A stretch of DNA of 64,000 nucleotides from Malacoraja senta. Lineage: Eukaryota. The notes below the pieces were generated by a model that saw only the letters and a list, made by a program, of their open reading frames with translations, had not been told where the DNA came from and did not search any database. Below are positions 37,091-48,422 of the stretch, piece after piece; position 1 is the first letter of the stretch, and every line of letters begins with the position of its first letter. The DNA lies in assembly GCA_038087875.1 (NCBI GenBank), contig JAXLNO010000260.1, positions 186,001 to 250,000 of the forward strand, written 5' to 3'. The position numbers and the translations under genes are program-made.

Positions 37091-38025
37091 TATGCCGGGA
37101 TTGGATGCCTCCTGTTTTTCAATGCTAATGAAAATATTCACCAAAAGTCAAATTTCCTGTCTGGCTCCAGAGTACCAAGAAATATCACAATATTACTCAC
37201 CTCTGGGTTAGGCTAATGTTCAACTTTCCAGCATAGATTTATGGAGTTTTAGTCCTTCACTGTTTGCCTTTAGTCATGGATTTTTTATCATCTGAGTTTA
37301 CCAACACCATGAATTTGTTGGGAATTGTTTATTTGGACACTGAACTCATCGCAACGTACAATATACTCCCACTATCAATTTAATTAAAAGCCCTGTTGTA
37401 TCTAGCAGTTTAGAGATGGTCATGAAGATCAGTATTTATTGTTCGTGCATTTGTGACTGTCAATATCAATTGCTAAAACTAAATTACCGTTCTTTCAGAG
37501 TTGCTGTCAGGGATACCTTATTGCTGATGAACTCTGCATCTTGCAGTACCATTCAATTATAACTGTTTACTACATCAAAGGGATTGTTTATGTAATTTAC
37601 TTAAAACTTGATGTGTGGAGCAAGGAATGGAATTTGTTTCTACTTTGTATGAGTGACAATATTGAGCATGTCACATTCTGTGCTGTGAATTAACTTCAGA
37701 AATGGGCATCTTTGTGCAACATTGTGAAATTAAATAATCAGCCATAATCGAACCACACTATAGGTTAATTACAGTGGTTTATCATTTGTTTTAAGTTAAT
37801 TCACAGTTCTCAAATGCAAACAACCTATATCAATTATGGTTTTATATCGAAGTCACGTGAGTGACTACGTGAAGAGACCGCCAGCCCGCATGCGCGTCAA
37901 TACGTCGACGCATGGACCGAGGTTTGGTTGGGGATGAACGTCGGTCTCCCCAGTGGTAAAGTTTAAAAGCCAAACAGGTGAGTACAAATGTTGAACTAAT
38001 TCCGACGTTGACCTAGGTTGTTGTT

Positions 38026-39304
38026 ATGGAGAAACCTAGGGCGAAAGGGAAACGGGCTGCTGAGAAACCAGCGGCAGAGGACCGCGGCAGTGGAAAAAGC
38101 CGACGGCTGTCCATTTCCACTTCGGAGTCACTGGCAGCCGCGATCTGCACAGCAATTTCCGATTCAGCTCCAAGAGGGAGCAGCTTGGCAACCCCGAGTC
38201 GGGGCAAAGGCAAAGCTAAGTCAGTAAGACAGGTCCAATTGGACGATTCTGGACAGGAGGACTCTGTCCCAACATCTATGGAAGATGTTGTTTGCCGTCT
38301 ATCTAAACTGGAGCGGCGAATGGAACAAATGGTGGCACAAAATATGCTCCGTGCAACGGAGGCATTAACAGGCGGCTCCAGCCAAATGTCTGTGGCAACA
38401 CCTGGCTCAGGGTTGCAGTATTCCTCCCACCCTGATGAGGGGAGTATCGGAGAATTTTACAGAGCTGACTCCGATTATGGGGATGATAACAGAATATCTG
38501 AATCCCATGATTTAATGCATGATATGCGGCAGACGCATCATAAGGAAGCACTACCTGCTCTTGCCTCAAAATTTGCCATTCCCTCGGGGACAGGTAAGCC
38601 ACTACAGAAGGAACTGGCCAGCAGCATCAGCTATTTAACATTGCATCAGCTGAAGGAAGGAGTTATGCTGGAGGCAGCTGGGAAATATCCCAGCCCAGAA
38701 AACTGCAAGACCTTGGATGTCCCGAAAGTCAATATTACCATTTGGGAAAACCTCGGGGGCAGAACAAGGTCCAAAGAGCTGAAATTACAGTGAATCCTGA
38801 GACTATTGTCGGGAGGTATTATGGCCTTTGCTAGGTCAGTGGATGGGGCTCAGCTGTCGGAAGCACAGCAGGATGCGATGGCACTGTTGTGTAATACTCA
38901 TTTTGAGATAAACTGCTTCCGTAAAGATGGCATTAGGTAGAATTAAACACTAAATTTGCACACTTATGCAGGGCCGGTAATGTTCAGCCTGCTAAATACC
39001 TCTTCGGAGAAGATTTGTGTGAGCAAGTCAAAGACTTGCAGGATGAATTGAAGGCTGCTGCTGGTATGGTTAAAACACCCTATATGGGTAAGACTCCTCT
39101 ACTACGGCAATATCACCCCATGTGACAACCAGCAGGAATCGGTTCTCTGAGGCTGGTGGGAATACCAGGTCTGCTCAATTTAGACCCAGCCAGAGATCTT
39201 TTTTAGGCCCAGGCCCATCTCGTCCATCTTGGAAGATGCGTCAGCCTCAGTTCCCAGCGGGTCAAGATATCAGAGCAAAGGGAAGGAGACTGAACAAAAC
39301 TTAG
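38026..39304 (+). pseudogene. DIRS gag-like ORF1 (premature stops)
   Basis: 255-aa ORF with KYPSPENCKTLDVPKVN..IW motif; homology appears to continue past the stop at 38793. Confidence 0.75.
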
Positions 39305-39333
39305 GGTCTGCTGGCCCTAGTGATAAACCGCCT

Positions 39334-40923
39334 ATGACCATTGAGGTAGGTGGATGTGCATCCATCAGTCACATGGGGTGCGCAGAGGAATTTCAAGTCG
39401 GTGGCAGGTTAAGGCTATTTTTACATGAATGCCAACAGATAACCTCCGATCCATTTATACTGCATAGCATAATGGGTTACAAAATTGAGTTCTTAGCTGA
39501 CACGTTTCCACCTCGACAAGATATGCCGAGACCGGCGTATATTCGTTCCAAAATGGAAACTTTGGATATGCAAGCAGAGATAGAGGCATTGCATAAAAAA
39601 GGAGTGATTGAGCAGTCAGTCCATGAGAAAGAGGAATAAATCTCTAACATATTCTCAAGGGAGAAGAAAAATGGAGGATGCCGTATCATTCTTGATTTGG
39701 CGAGCTTCAACTCTTATGTGCAGTATAAACATTTTAAAATGGAAAATTTCCACACCACAAAACAGCTGATTACTGAGCATTGTTTTATGGTATCCATAGA
39801 TCTTAAGGATGCATATTATTCAGTTCCTATTCATAGGAATCACAGGAAATATCTGAAATTTAGCTGGCTGGGGCAGTTGTGGCAATTTAAGGTTTTACCT
39901 AATGGTTTGAGCTCAGCCCCTATGCTATTTACCAAACTTCTTAAACCAGTGCTTGCCCTACTCAGAGCTGAAGGGCATATTATTATTAGGTATATAGATA
40001 GCATTCTGATAGTCGGGAAGACGTTACGTCTCGGAAAGCTAGCTGTTTCAGCTGCCAAACTTATCTTTGAGAAATTGGGATTTCTCATTCATCCAGCTAA
40101 ATCCTGGCTGGTACCGACAAGATCTATTTCTTATTTAGGGTTTGTCATCAATTTGGCAGAGATGTCTGTGACCCTGCCCATGGAGAAAAACCAACATTTG
40201 GTAGAGGCTTGTTCAAATCTACTGATTAATGAGAAGCCATCTATCCGCCAGGTTGCAAGGGTAATTGGCAAGATAGTAGCTGCCTTCCCAGCCGCATGTT
40301 ATGGGCCTTTGCATTATCGCAATCTGGAGCGTGAAAAGGATCAGGCACTAAGACTGCACAAAGGCCATTTTGACAGACCTATGCAGTTGTTGTCAGACTC
40401 AAAAGCTGAATTACAATGGTGGATTGCGAATATTCATCGTTGTTCAGGCAGCTTTATACCTAGTAAACCCACAACAACATTGCAGAGTGATGCTAGTGAA
40501 CTAGGATGGGGTGCAACTAACAACATCTCTAGTTGTGGTGGTAGATGGAACAAGGAGGAGTTATGCCTTAGTCAAAAATATAGCATCAATTATTTGGAAA
40601 TGTTGGCAGCATTTCATGCCTTGAAAGCATATTGTGGAAAGGTACATGGTGTGCATATTAGACTACAATTAGATAACTCGACAGCGGTGGTATATGTAAA
40701 TCACATGGGTGGATGTAAATCACTATCCTGTGATACTCTGGCAAAAGTTATTTGGGCTTGGTGCCTAGATAGAAGCATTTGGATTTCAGCTGCTCATTTG
40801 CCGGGCAGATTTAATATGGTAGCAGATGCTAGATCACGGATGTTCAATGATCGAACTGAATGGATGTTGAATCAGGCAGTATTTAAAAAAAACAAGAGCT
40901 CGTTATGGAACACCAGACATTGA
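39334..40923 (+). pseudogene. DIRS RT/RNase H
   Basis: VGGRLRLF, SIDLKDAYYSVPI, LPNGLSSAP, YIDS (degenerate YxDD), SDASELGWGA, INYLEMLA, DNSTAV, ADARSR; stop at 39637-39639. Confidence 0.92.
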
Positions 40924-41274
40924 TTTGTTCGCTTCCAGACAGTAATCAATTGCCACGATATATAGCCTGGCAACCAGACCCAGGGGCAGAAGTGGTAGAT
41001 GCATTTTCTATAGACTGGGGGGGGAATGTTATTCTATGCCTTCCCTCCATTCCGCCTTATTGGAAGATGCTTGCAGAAGATAATGCAAGACAACGCATCA
41101 GGTATTTTAGTAGCTCCTAATTGGCCTAAGCAACCATGGTTTCCATTATTAAAGAGATTATTAAAGGAACCTCCCATGGTTGTTCACAGGCGTAAGCATA
41201 TGTTAATTCAGCCTGTCACTCGGGAGCCTCATCCTTTGCATGATTGCATTGACTTATTAATTTGCAGAATTTAA
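40860..41274 (+). pseudogene. DIRS-associated DNA N6-adenine methyltransferase-like domain (frameshifted)
   Basis: DLFAS...NQLPRYIAW.PDP...DAFSIDW, YAFPPF, LVAPNWPKQPWFP. Confidence 0.8.
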
Positions 41275-41483
41275 GAAGGCCTTTCGTGGGGCTAGGACTA
41301 TCCAACAGGACGGTTGACATAATAACTGCAGCTTGGCGAGATGGCACAAGGAAGCAGTACTGCTCATACATCAAACAATGGGAGCAGTTTTGTGAGAAGG
41401 CACATATAAATTACTTTACGGCGGGTATAGCCGATGTGTTGGAGTTTCTTTCAACTTTATATTTTGGAAAAGAGTTAAGATAT
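41275..41483 (+). pseudogene. DIRS tyrosine recombinase N-terminal fragment
   Basis: GLSNRTVDIITAAWRDGTRKQY...WEQFC...DVLEFL, colinear with 15660-15850. Confidence 0.8.
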
Positions 41484-41770
41484 GCCCCTGTCCCACTTAG
41501 GAAACCTGAACGGAAACCTCTGGAGACTTTGCGCCCCACCCAAGGTTTCCGTGCGGTTCCTGGAGGTTCCCGGATGTTTTTGTCAGTCTCCCTAATGGTC
41601 GAAAGTGGTTTCCGCTTCTTCTACGTTCCGGCGATTATTGCAAAAAATTCAAAACCGGCCGCGACTAAAAATAGGTTGCCGTTTTTTAAAACGGTAATTT
41701 ATTAGTAGAAGCCGGTTGCAATGCTAGTTGAAGGTGGTTGCCGGAGGTTGCAGGTAGTGGAATGTAAGAC
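41484..41770. mobile_element. Harbinger-type MITE fragment truncating the DIRS
   Basis: Starts GCCCCTGTCCCACT, same TIR core as 1114; second TIR missing. Confidence 0.65.
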
Positions 41771-42000
41771 CTTTTTTTCACCCAGTTTTAATCCACCAAG
41801 GAGGTCTTGGATGGTGATTGAAGCAAATATGACAGTGGCATGTCAGAGGCTATTGGATAGGCACATGGATATGCAGGGAATGGAAGGGATCACATCCAGG
41901 CAGAGGAGATCTGTTTAACTTGGCATCATGCTTTTCACAGATATTGAGGGCCAAAGGATCTGTTCCTATGCTGTACAGTTTTTGTTCTATGTCCTATTGC
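41771..42000 (+). repeat. Degenerate CR1 3' end
   Basis: TTGGATAGGCACATGGAT...GTTCTATG tail. Confidence 0.65.
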
Positions 42001-42619
42001 TAGACTGTGCAAAATATTGATGCATTCCAACCATCCATCTTAAATATAAGCCTATTTTGTAAAACCATAATCTATATATTTTGTTTCCTCTCCAAATTCC
42101 TCTTCAAGTTCCCAACAATGGATAAATACGATGGTTGTATAGCCTTTCTTCCAGGACTGATCTTTCTTGTGCACTTAAAGTTCATCATTCCCAGCAAATC
42201 ATAATCCAGTTTAGAAAGCTAGGAATCAAATCCTTACTTGAAGCAAGAGAAATGGCAGACAGGCAAAAGACCCTCCATGAATTCCAATGTTTACAAGTAC
42301 AATTTAAAATAAAACAAACTCAAATACCTTTGCAATTCAACTGCATGTAAGTCACTAGAAAGGTTTAAGTTTGAAATCCAATAAGTATGTTAAAGCAAAT
42401 AAAATGTAAAGGGTCAGGCAGTAAGGAGAAGAATTAGGCTGCTTATTCTGGATATTAAGAAGGAAGTCAATTCTGGATATTACAAAGGAAGATACAGTAT
42501 GTGTTTGCATAGAGCCTTCCACATTCACTTGATAGCTGGAGATGTTTATTAGTAACTGTTTTAGTTAATTTTTTTTTTAGTTAGTGTTATATTGCTGGAG
42601 AAACAGCAGCAATTACAGT

Positions 42620-44133
42620 AATGGTCACATTTGTCTAATGTGAACCCATCATCAATCACATCTTTTCCCCCTCCTGCCTACCAACCGTTTTATGCTATCT
42701 GCAGGTCCATTCTCTTTGTGACTCTTTGGTCTACTCGTCCATCCCCATGCCCTGTCATCTACCCTGTAACCAAATGAGTTATAACACTTGTCCTTTTATC
42801 TCTTCCCTTGCCACCAAGCATGCAGGTATAGCAGGCAGTGAAGAAAGCTAATGGCATGTTGGCCTTCATTGCGAGAAGATTTGAGTTTAGGAGCAAGGAG
42901 GTCCTACTGCAGTTGTACAGGGCCCTGGTGAGACATCACCTGGAGTATTGTGTGCAATGTTGGTCTCCTAATTTGAGGAAGGACATTATTGCTATTGAAG
43001 GAGTGCAGCTTAGGTTCACCAGGATGGCGGGACTGACATATGATGAAAGAATTGGTCGACTGGGCTTGTATTCACTGGAATTTAGATGGATAAGAGGGGA
43101 TCTTATAAAAACATATCAAAGTCTTAAGGGATTGGACAGGCTTGATGCAGGAAAGAAATTCCCGATGTTGGGGGTCCAGAACCAGGGGGTCATAGTTTAA
43201 GAATTAAGAGATAGGCCTTTTAGGACAGAAATGACGAAAAACTTTTTCACCCAGAGATTTGTGGATCTGTGGAATTCTGCTACAGAAGGCAGTGGAGGCC
43301 AATTCACTGGATGTTTTCAAGAGAGAGTTAGATTTAGCTCTTAGGACTAAGGGAATCAAGGGATATGGGGAAAAAGCAGGAACGGGGTACTGACTTTAGA
43401 TGATCAGCCATGATCATATTGAATGGTGGTGCTGGCTCGAAGGGCTGAATGGCCTATTCCTGCACCTATGTTTCTATGTTTCTATCCAGAGAGTCCTTCC
43501 AGTTGTGGCAGAGGTTCATCTGCACCTCTTTTGACCTGGTGCTCACAGGTGCAGGGCAAGCATTTTTGTTACACAGGGAGTGGAAGGTACCTCAAATGTG
43601 TTGTCTGGGCTGGTGGAAGAGGCTTTCAGATGGGCACATAGATGTATAGAGAATGGATGGATTTGGATCCTATACAGGCAAAAGGGATTAGTTCAATTTG
43701 GCATCATGTTCGGTGCAGACATTGTGTTATGCATAGTTCTATGTTGTATCTTTAATTTGGGGTTTCCTCTACATTGGGGAAATCAAGTGTCGACTGAGCA
43801 ACGATTTGTGGAGCCTTTATGTTCTATTCATAGCAGCTTTCTCAAGCTTCCCAATCTCATTCCCACTCCCACACAGTCTTGTGTATGCTCGGATTTCTAC
43901 TTTACCGCAGAGTATTTACAAATTGAAAAATAAATCTCATATACCCCTTGGATTAGTTTACAGCCCAATAGTATGAACATTGAATTTCCTAATTCCAGAT
44001 ATCCTACACCATTGATATTGTCCTCCCACACATTCTCACTCACCCATCCACTTGTTTATCTCCCTTTGTTCATTCTGCCATCTGCCTTCCCTCGTATGGT
44101 TCCATCTGCCCAACATCCCCTCCCCAACTGGTT
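42620..44133 (+). pseudogene. Fragmented Penelope-like element (GIY-YIG endonuclease region), split by two CR1 insertions
   Basis: Remnants DSLVYSS/YPCN..YNTCPF (~42720-42810), SFQLWQRFICTS (~43490), FLYIGEIKCRL (~43765), LQPNSMNIEF (~43960). Confidence 0.7.
42817..43484 (+). mobile_element. CR1 3' fragment
   Basis: KKANGMLAFI...LQLYRALVR..LEYCVQ.WSP; (TATGTTTC)n tail. Confidence 0.9.
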
Positions 44134-44141
44134 CCACCTAT

Positions 44142-45187
44142 CAGGGGCGGAAATCCCGGGGGGGCAGGGGGGACATGTCCCCGCTCTGTTTTGAGAGGAA
44201 AGATAGCCAATATATAGCATAATAAGGACGGTGGGACATGTGGATGAGATGGAGGTTGGTAGGTGATAGGTGGCAGGCATGGAAATCGCTATCGCTATTA
44301 ACCCGGCGTACCCCCCCCTCCCCCCCCCAGTTTTTGTAATCCAGAATTTAAAACCCGGTGAAATCTCCGCTTTCCGCTTGACAGTGGGGGTGCGACTGCT
44401 GATCGAGGGCGCCGATTGGACGAGAGAGACGTCGGTCAACAGGCAAAGGGGGCGGGACATGATGATTCAGCGCGATCATTGGAGGAGGGAAGTGTCGGTC
44501 AGAGGCGGAAGTAGGGGGGTGGGCCTGAGGATAGAGCGCGGTGATTGGAGGAGGGAGACGTGCCAAAACACTCTCGGCAGCCTTGGACACAGACCTGCGC
44601 CTCATCCACAGCCAGGATCGATCCAGGCTCTCCAATCGCTGCCGAACCGCCACTGGACCATCCCCGTCCCCACCCGAGTGCCCCCCCCCCCACGCCTGGG
44701 GGTGGCCATAAACGTCGGGAGTCAGACGGGAGCTGTGCCCGGCCCCAGGGCCACAGCCAACGCAGAGAAGCAGCGCTAAACCCAGCTCAACTCTGCCTGT
44801 CCCGCCAGGTTAACCTACAGCCCTGCCTGGACTTGCGGGAAATATGGCCCAGGTTTACAGCCAGCGCGGAGAAGCAACGCTGGTGTCCCGTCAGTCCAGG
44901 CAGGGCTGTAGGTTAACCCGGCGAAACAGGCAGAGTTGAGCTGCATTTAGCACTGGATTGAGCCTCCAAAGCCTCACGTGTGTGTATGTGTGTGTGTGTG
45001 AGTGTGTGTGAGTGTGTGTGTCTGTGTGTGTGTCTGTGTGTATGTGTGTGTGTGTGTGTGTGTGAGTGTGTGTGTCTGTGTGTGTGTATGTGTGTGTGAG
45101 TGTGTGCATGCGCGCACGGCCGCCAAGAAATTGTGTCCCCGCTGTCCCCCGGTCCCCTCCATATTTTGATAGCAATTTCCATGCCTG
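44142..45187. mobile_element. Non-autonomous hAT transposon
   Basis: 8-bp TSD CCACCTAT (44134-44141, 45188-45195); imperfect TIRs CAGGGGCGGAAAT / ATTTCCATGCCTG; internal (TG)n at 44978-45107. Confidence 0.88.
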
Positions 45188-45337
45188 CCACCTATCACCT
45201 ACCAACCTCCACCTCATCCACATGTCCCACCGTCCTTATTATGCTATATATTGGCTATCTTTCCTCTTCCTTCTCTAGACCTGGGGCAGGGTCTCAGCTC
45301 ATAATATTGACTTACACCTGTTGCTTCCATAGATTCT

Positions 45338-45574
45338 GGCAGCCAGCATAATCAGAGACCCGCACCACCCTAGCCACACACCAACTTCACTCCTGCCATT
45401 GGGAAGAATTTACAGGAGCCTGAAACCTGTAATGTCCAGGTTCAGGAACAGCTTCTTCCCTATAGCCATTCAGCTATGAAACACTACAACCTCAAATAAG
45501 CTCTAAACTACATAGATTATAATTGTTATTATTGCACTATTAATGTTTGTTTTTTGGGTGCACCTGTGTGTGTG

Positions 45575-45611
<37 letters not shown>

Positions 45612-45780
45612 ATGTATATATTTGCGAGTATGTATACACACACTGAACTTTTTTGTTCTCTCTCGTTTATTATATTGTTTCCGGTGTACTATGCTTACAT
45701 ATTTTGTTGTGCTGCTGCAAGTAAGAATTTCATTGTTCTATCTGGGACACGTGCCAATAAAACACTCTTGACTCTTGACC
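45338..45780 (+). mobile_element. Rex1/Babar-type LINE 3' end with (TGTATA)n microsatellite
   Basis: Homologous to 4498-4628; AATAAA and (CTCTTGA)n tail. Confidence 0.8.
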
Positions 45781-46759
45781 CTTGCCTCTAGTGCTTAAGC
45801 CACTGAGCCCTTCCAACATTCTGTTTATTGCGTTTAATTCATGCAGAGCTCTGGGTTGTAAATGGTGAGCCTGAAGCGCCACAGAAGTGCAGTGCATTGC
45901 ACAGGGAATCATAAAAAAACTGCTAATGTTGGAAAATCTATGCCACTGTGCTGATGGAAAAATAAAGAAAGTAAATTATTCTGTTGTTTGGAGGCAAACA
46001 TGACCTTGGTAATGCTGTAGTGTACAACAAACTGGGAAATATGGAAATTCTCAAGCATAGTCACCCAATATGGTCCTGAGGCAAAGAAGCTAGCTGACTG
46101 TTACAGTGACTTTGACTTCAACTATATGGATGTGAACTTGTATCGATGAGATCACAGATGATACAGATTATAGATCTTTGGGGAGCAATTTGTCAAACCT
46201 AAGCTTGCAGATACATTAATCTATGAGAGGTTGAGAAATAGGCTTGTCTCCTTGTAACTCCTTGGGTTGTGAACTTTTCTCTTCCTCCCTTGAGATCCTT
46301 GGGTTCACCCATGGCCTTTGCTCCATTTCGATTTTTTACTGGAAAACCAACAAAGACACAATGAAAATGTCCAACAAGCAGGTTCGCTGCTGAAATGACT
46401 GTGGAGCACAGTCAAAGTCTTAATACAGATTAGAAGTAGGTTTCAAAATGAGGAAGCAACATTCAAAGGGTTCTATGGCAGAATGTAATTGGGATCATGC
46501 GTCATCCTATAAATTGCTCAGCTGCAGAAAGAGTGTTATGAAAACTCAAAGGAAAAGAAAGCATTGGAAAAAGATCACTGAATTTCTCTCAGCAATACTG
46601 AAAGCTACAGTACATGATGATTGAGGTTATTAGGTGTTTGTCTAATGCTGGAAAATTGTGACCATGCAAACATTTCCAAAGTGAGGTATTAGCACACAAA
46701 ACTCGTCATTCCTCTCAGAAAAGTCAAATTTTACCAAGGTAATGCTGCTATGTGCAATT

Positions 46760-47100
46760 GTCACAGAATCATAGATTTATGATTGTCTCATGTAATTTTG
46801 TAAACCTCTATTAGGCTTCCCCTCAGCTTCCTAGACCACAAATAACAGAAACACAATCTATCTATTCTCTCCTTTGAACCAAAGGGCTTCATCTCATGCA
46901 ACATTCTGATGAATCTCCTCTGCAGTCTCTTCAGTACAACTGCAAGCTTTCTAAAGTGCAGTGACCAGCACTGTGCACAATACTACAGCTTTTGCCTAAC
47001 CTGTGTTTTGTAAAATTACAACCTTCCTGGTCTTATATTCTGTGCTCTGGCTATTGATGTAACGTAAGTATCTTGAATGGCTTCTTCAGCATCTTACCTA
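46760..47100 (-). repeat. Degenerate CR1 fragment
   Basis: CTGATGAATCTCCTCTGCA...CCAGCACTGTGCACAATACT is the reverse complement of the CR1 LEYCVQ region. Confidence 0.55.
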
Positions 47101-47119
47101 CCTTTGCCTGTATTTGTTA

Positions 47120-47410
47120 TGATACGATACGATTGGGGGGGAGTCAGTCTTAGTCTACTCCATGACAGAAGGGGGAGGAGTTTGATAGCCACAGGGAAGA
47201 AGGATCTCCTGTGGCTTTTTGTCCTGCATCTTGGTGCAACCAGTCTGTCACTGAAAGTACTCAGGTTGACCAGTGTATATTGGAGGGGATGAGCTGTATT
47301 GCCCAGGATGCTCCACAGTTTGAGGAGTATCCTCCCCTCCAAGACCACCTCCCATGAATCCAACTCCTCCCCAGGACAGAGCCAACCTTCCAGATGAGTT
47401 TGTTAATCGT
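47120..47410 (-). repeat. Rex1/Babar-type LINE 3' end
   Basis: HPLQ...STFSDRL..PRCRT..HRRSFFPVAIKL; (ATCGT)n tail. Confidence 0.7.
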
Positions 47411-48107
47411 ACACATCCTATTATATATCTACTGTAGGGATCTGTTTCTCAGTACTGTATATTCTCTACATCATCCACGTGTATGTCCTCTGTTCATTAG
47501 TCCTCCAAAGTGCATGCAAGTTAATTTCTCTGCCCATTTACTAACTCTGTGTTTCTTAAAGTGTTTGGTTAGATAATCATCTGCATGAATGACCTTCCTA
47601 ATTCCAGATGTCTTTACTTTACCTCTACTAAAGTCTAGTCTCTACTAATCTTTCAGTATTCTGAATCAATGACAAATATATGCACTAAAACTGATCTACA
47701 TCCAAAGGAAATATTTAATTCAGTGATTTAGTTTCTAACAAAATCCTTTGAATATATAATTCTTACCTGAACTTTTTCTTACAATATCCAGCCATCTTAA
47801 TGAAAATGGTGCTCTTGACTTTTAATTCCAGTGAGGAACTTATTAGTGAACATACTGTAACTATATTATAATTAATACATTTAACTGAATGTGCTACCTA
47901 GTCATGTCTAGAACCACCATCAATGTTGTTTGTTTAATATTTTACCATGAACATTTTAGGGAATAATTTTAACTGATGATTATGGGGGGAAAAAAAACTG
48001 GGTCGAAGTAAACTGACAACCCACTTGTCAACTTTTCTTTCCATTTTCATTAATGACAGTTGCAATCATTTCTTTAGTTGAGTCTTATATATAATATCAC
48101 CATCCCA

Positions 48108-48422
48108 GGTTAGTTTAGTTTAGTGTAGTTTAAAGACACCGTGCGGAAACAGGCCCTTCGGCCCACCGAGTCCATGCCGACCAATGATTGACGCACATCC
48201 TGCACACACTCGGGACAATTTATATTTATACCAAGCCAATTAACCTACAAACCTGTACGTCTATGGAGTGTGGGAAGAAACAGAAGATCTCAGAGAAAAC
48301 CCACACCGTTCATGGGGAGAATGTACAAACTCCGCACAGACAGCACCTGTAGTCATGATTGAACCCGGGTCTCAGGTGCTGTAAAGCGCTGTAAGGCAGC
48401 AACTGTACCACTGCGCCACCAT
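48108..48422 (-). mobile_element. tRNA-derived SINE (HE1-like)
   Basis: Homologous to 3825-4134. Confidence 0.88.

Larger units (their letters stand above)
37840..41483 (+). mobile_element. DIRS1-type retrotransposon, 3'-truncated
   Basis: Left end TTTTATATCGAAGTCACGTGAGTGACTACGTGAAG is homologous to 12801; gag, RT/RNase H, MT and start of YR in DIRS order; ICR and right ITR absent. Confidence 0.93.

Noticed and set aside
37975..38020. Possible intron (CAG/GTGAGT ... CTAG) upstream of the DIRS gag ATG
   Set aside because: Only ~40 nt, below the usual vertebrate minimum, and without a polypyrimidine tract
44891..45278. His/Thr- or Cys/Val-rich ORFs (also 22205-22438 and 45543-45791)
   Set aside because: Translations of (TG)n and (TGTATA)n microsatellites
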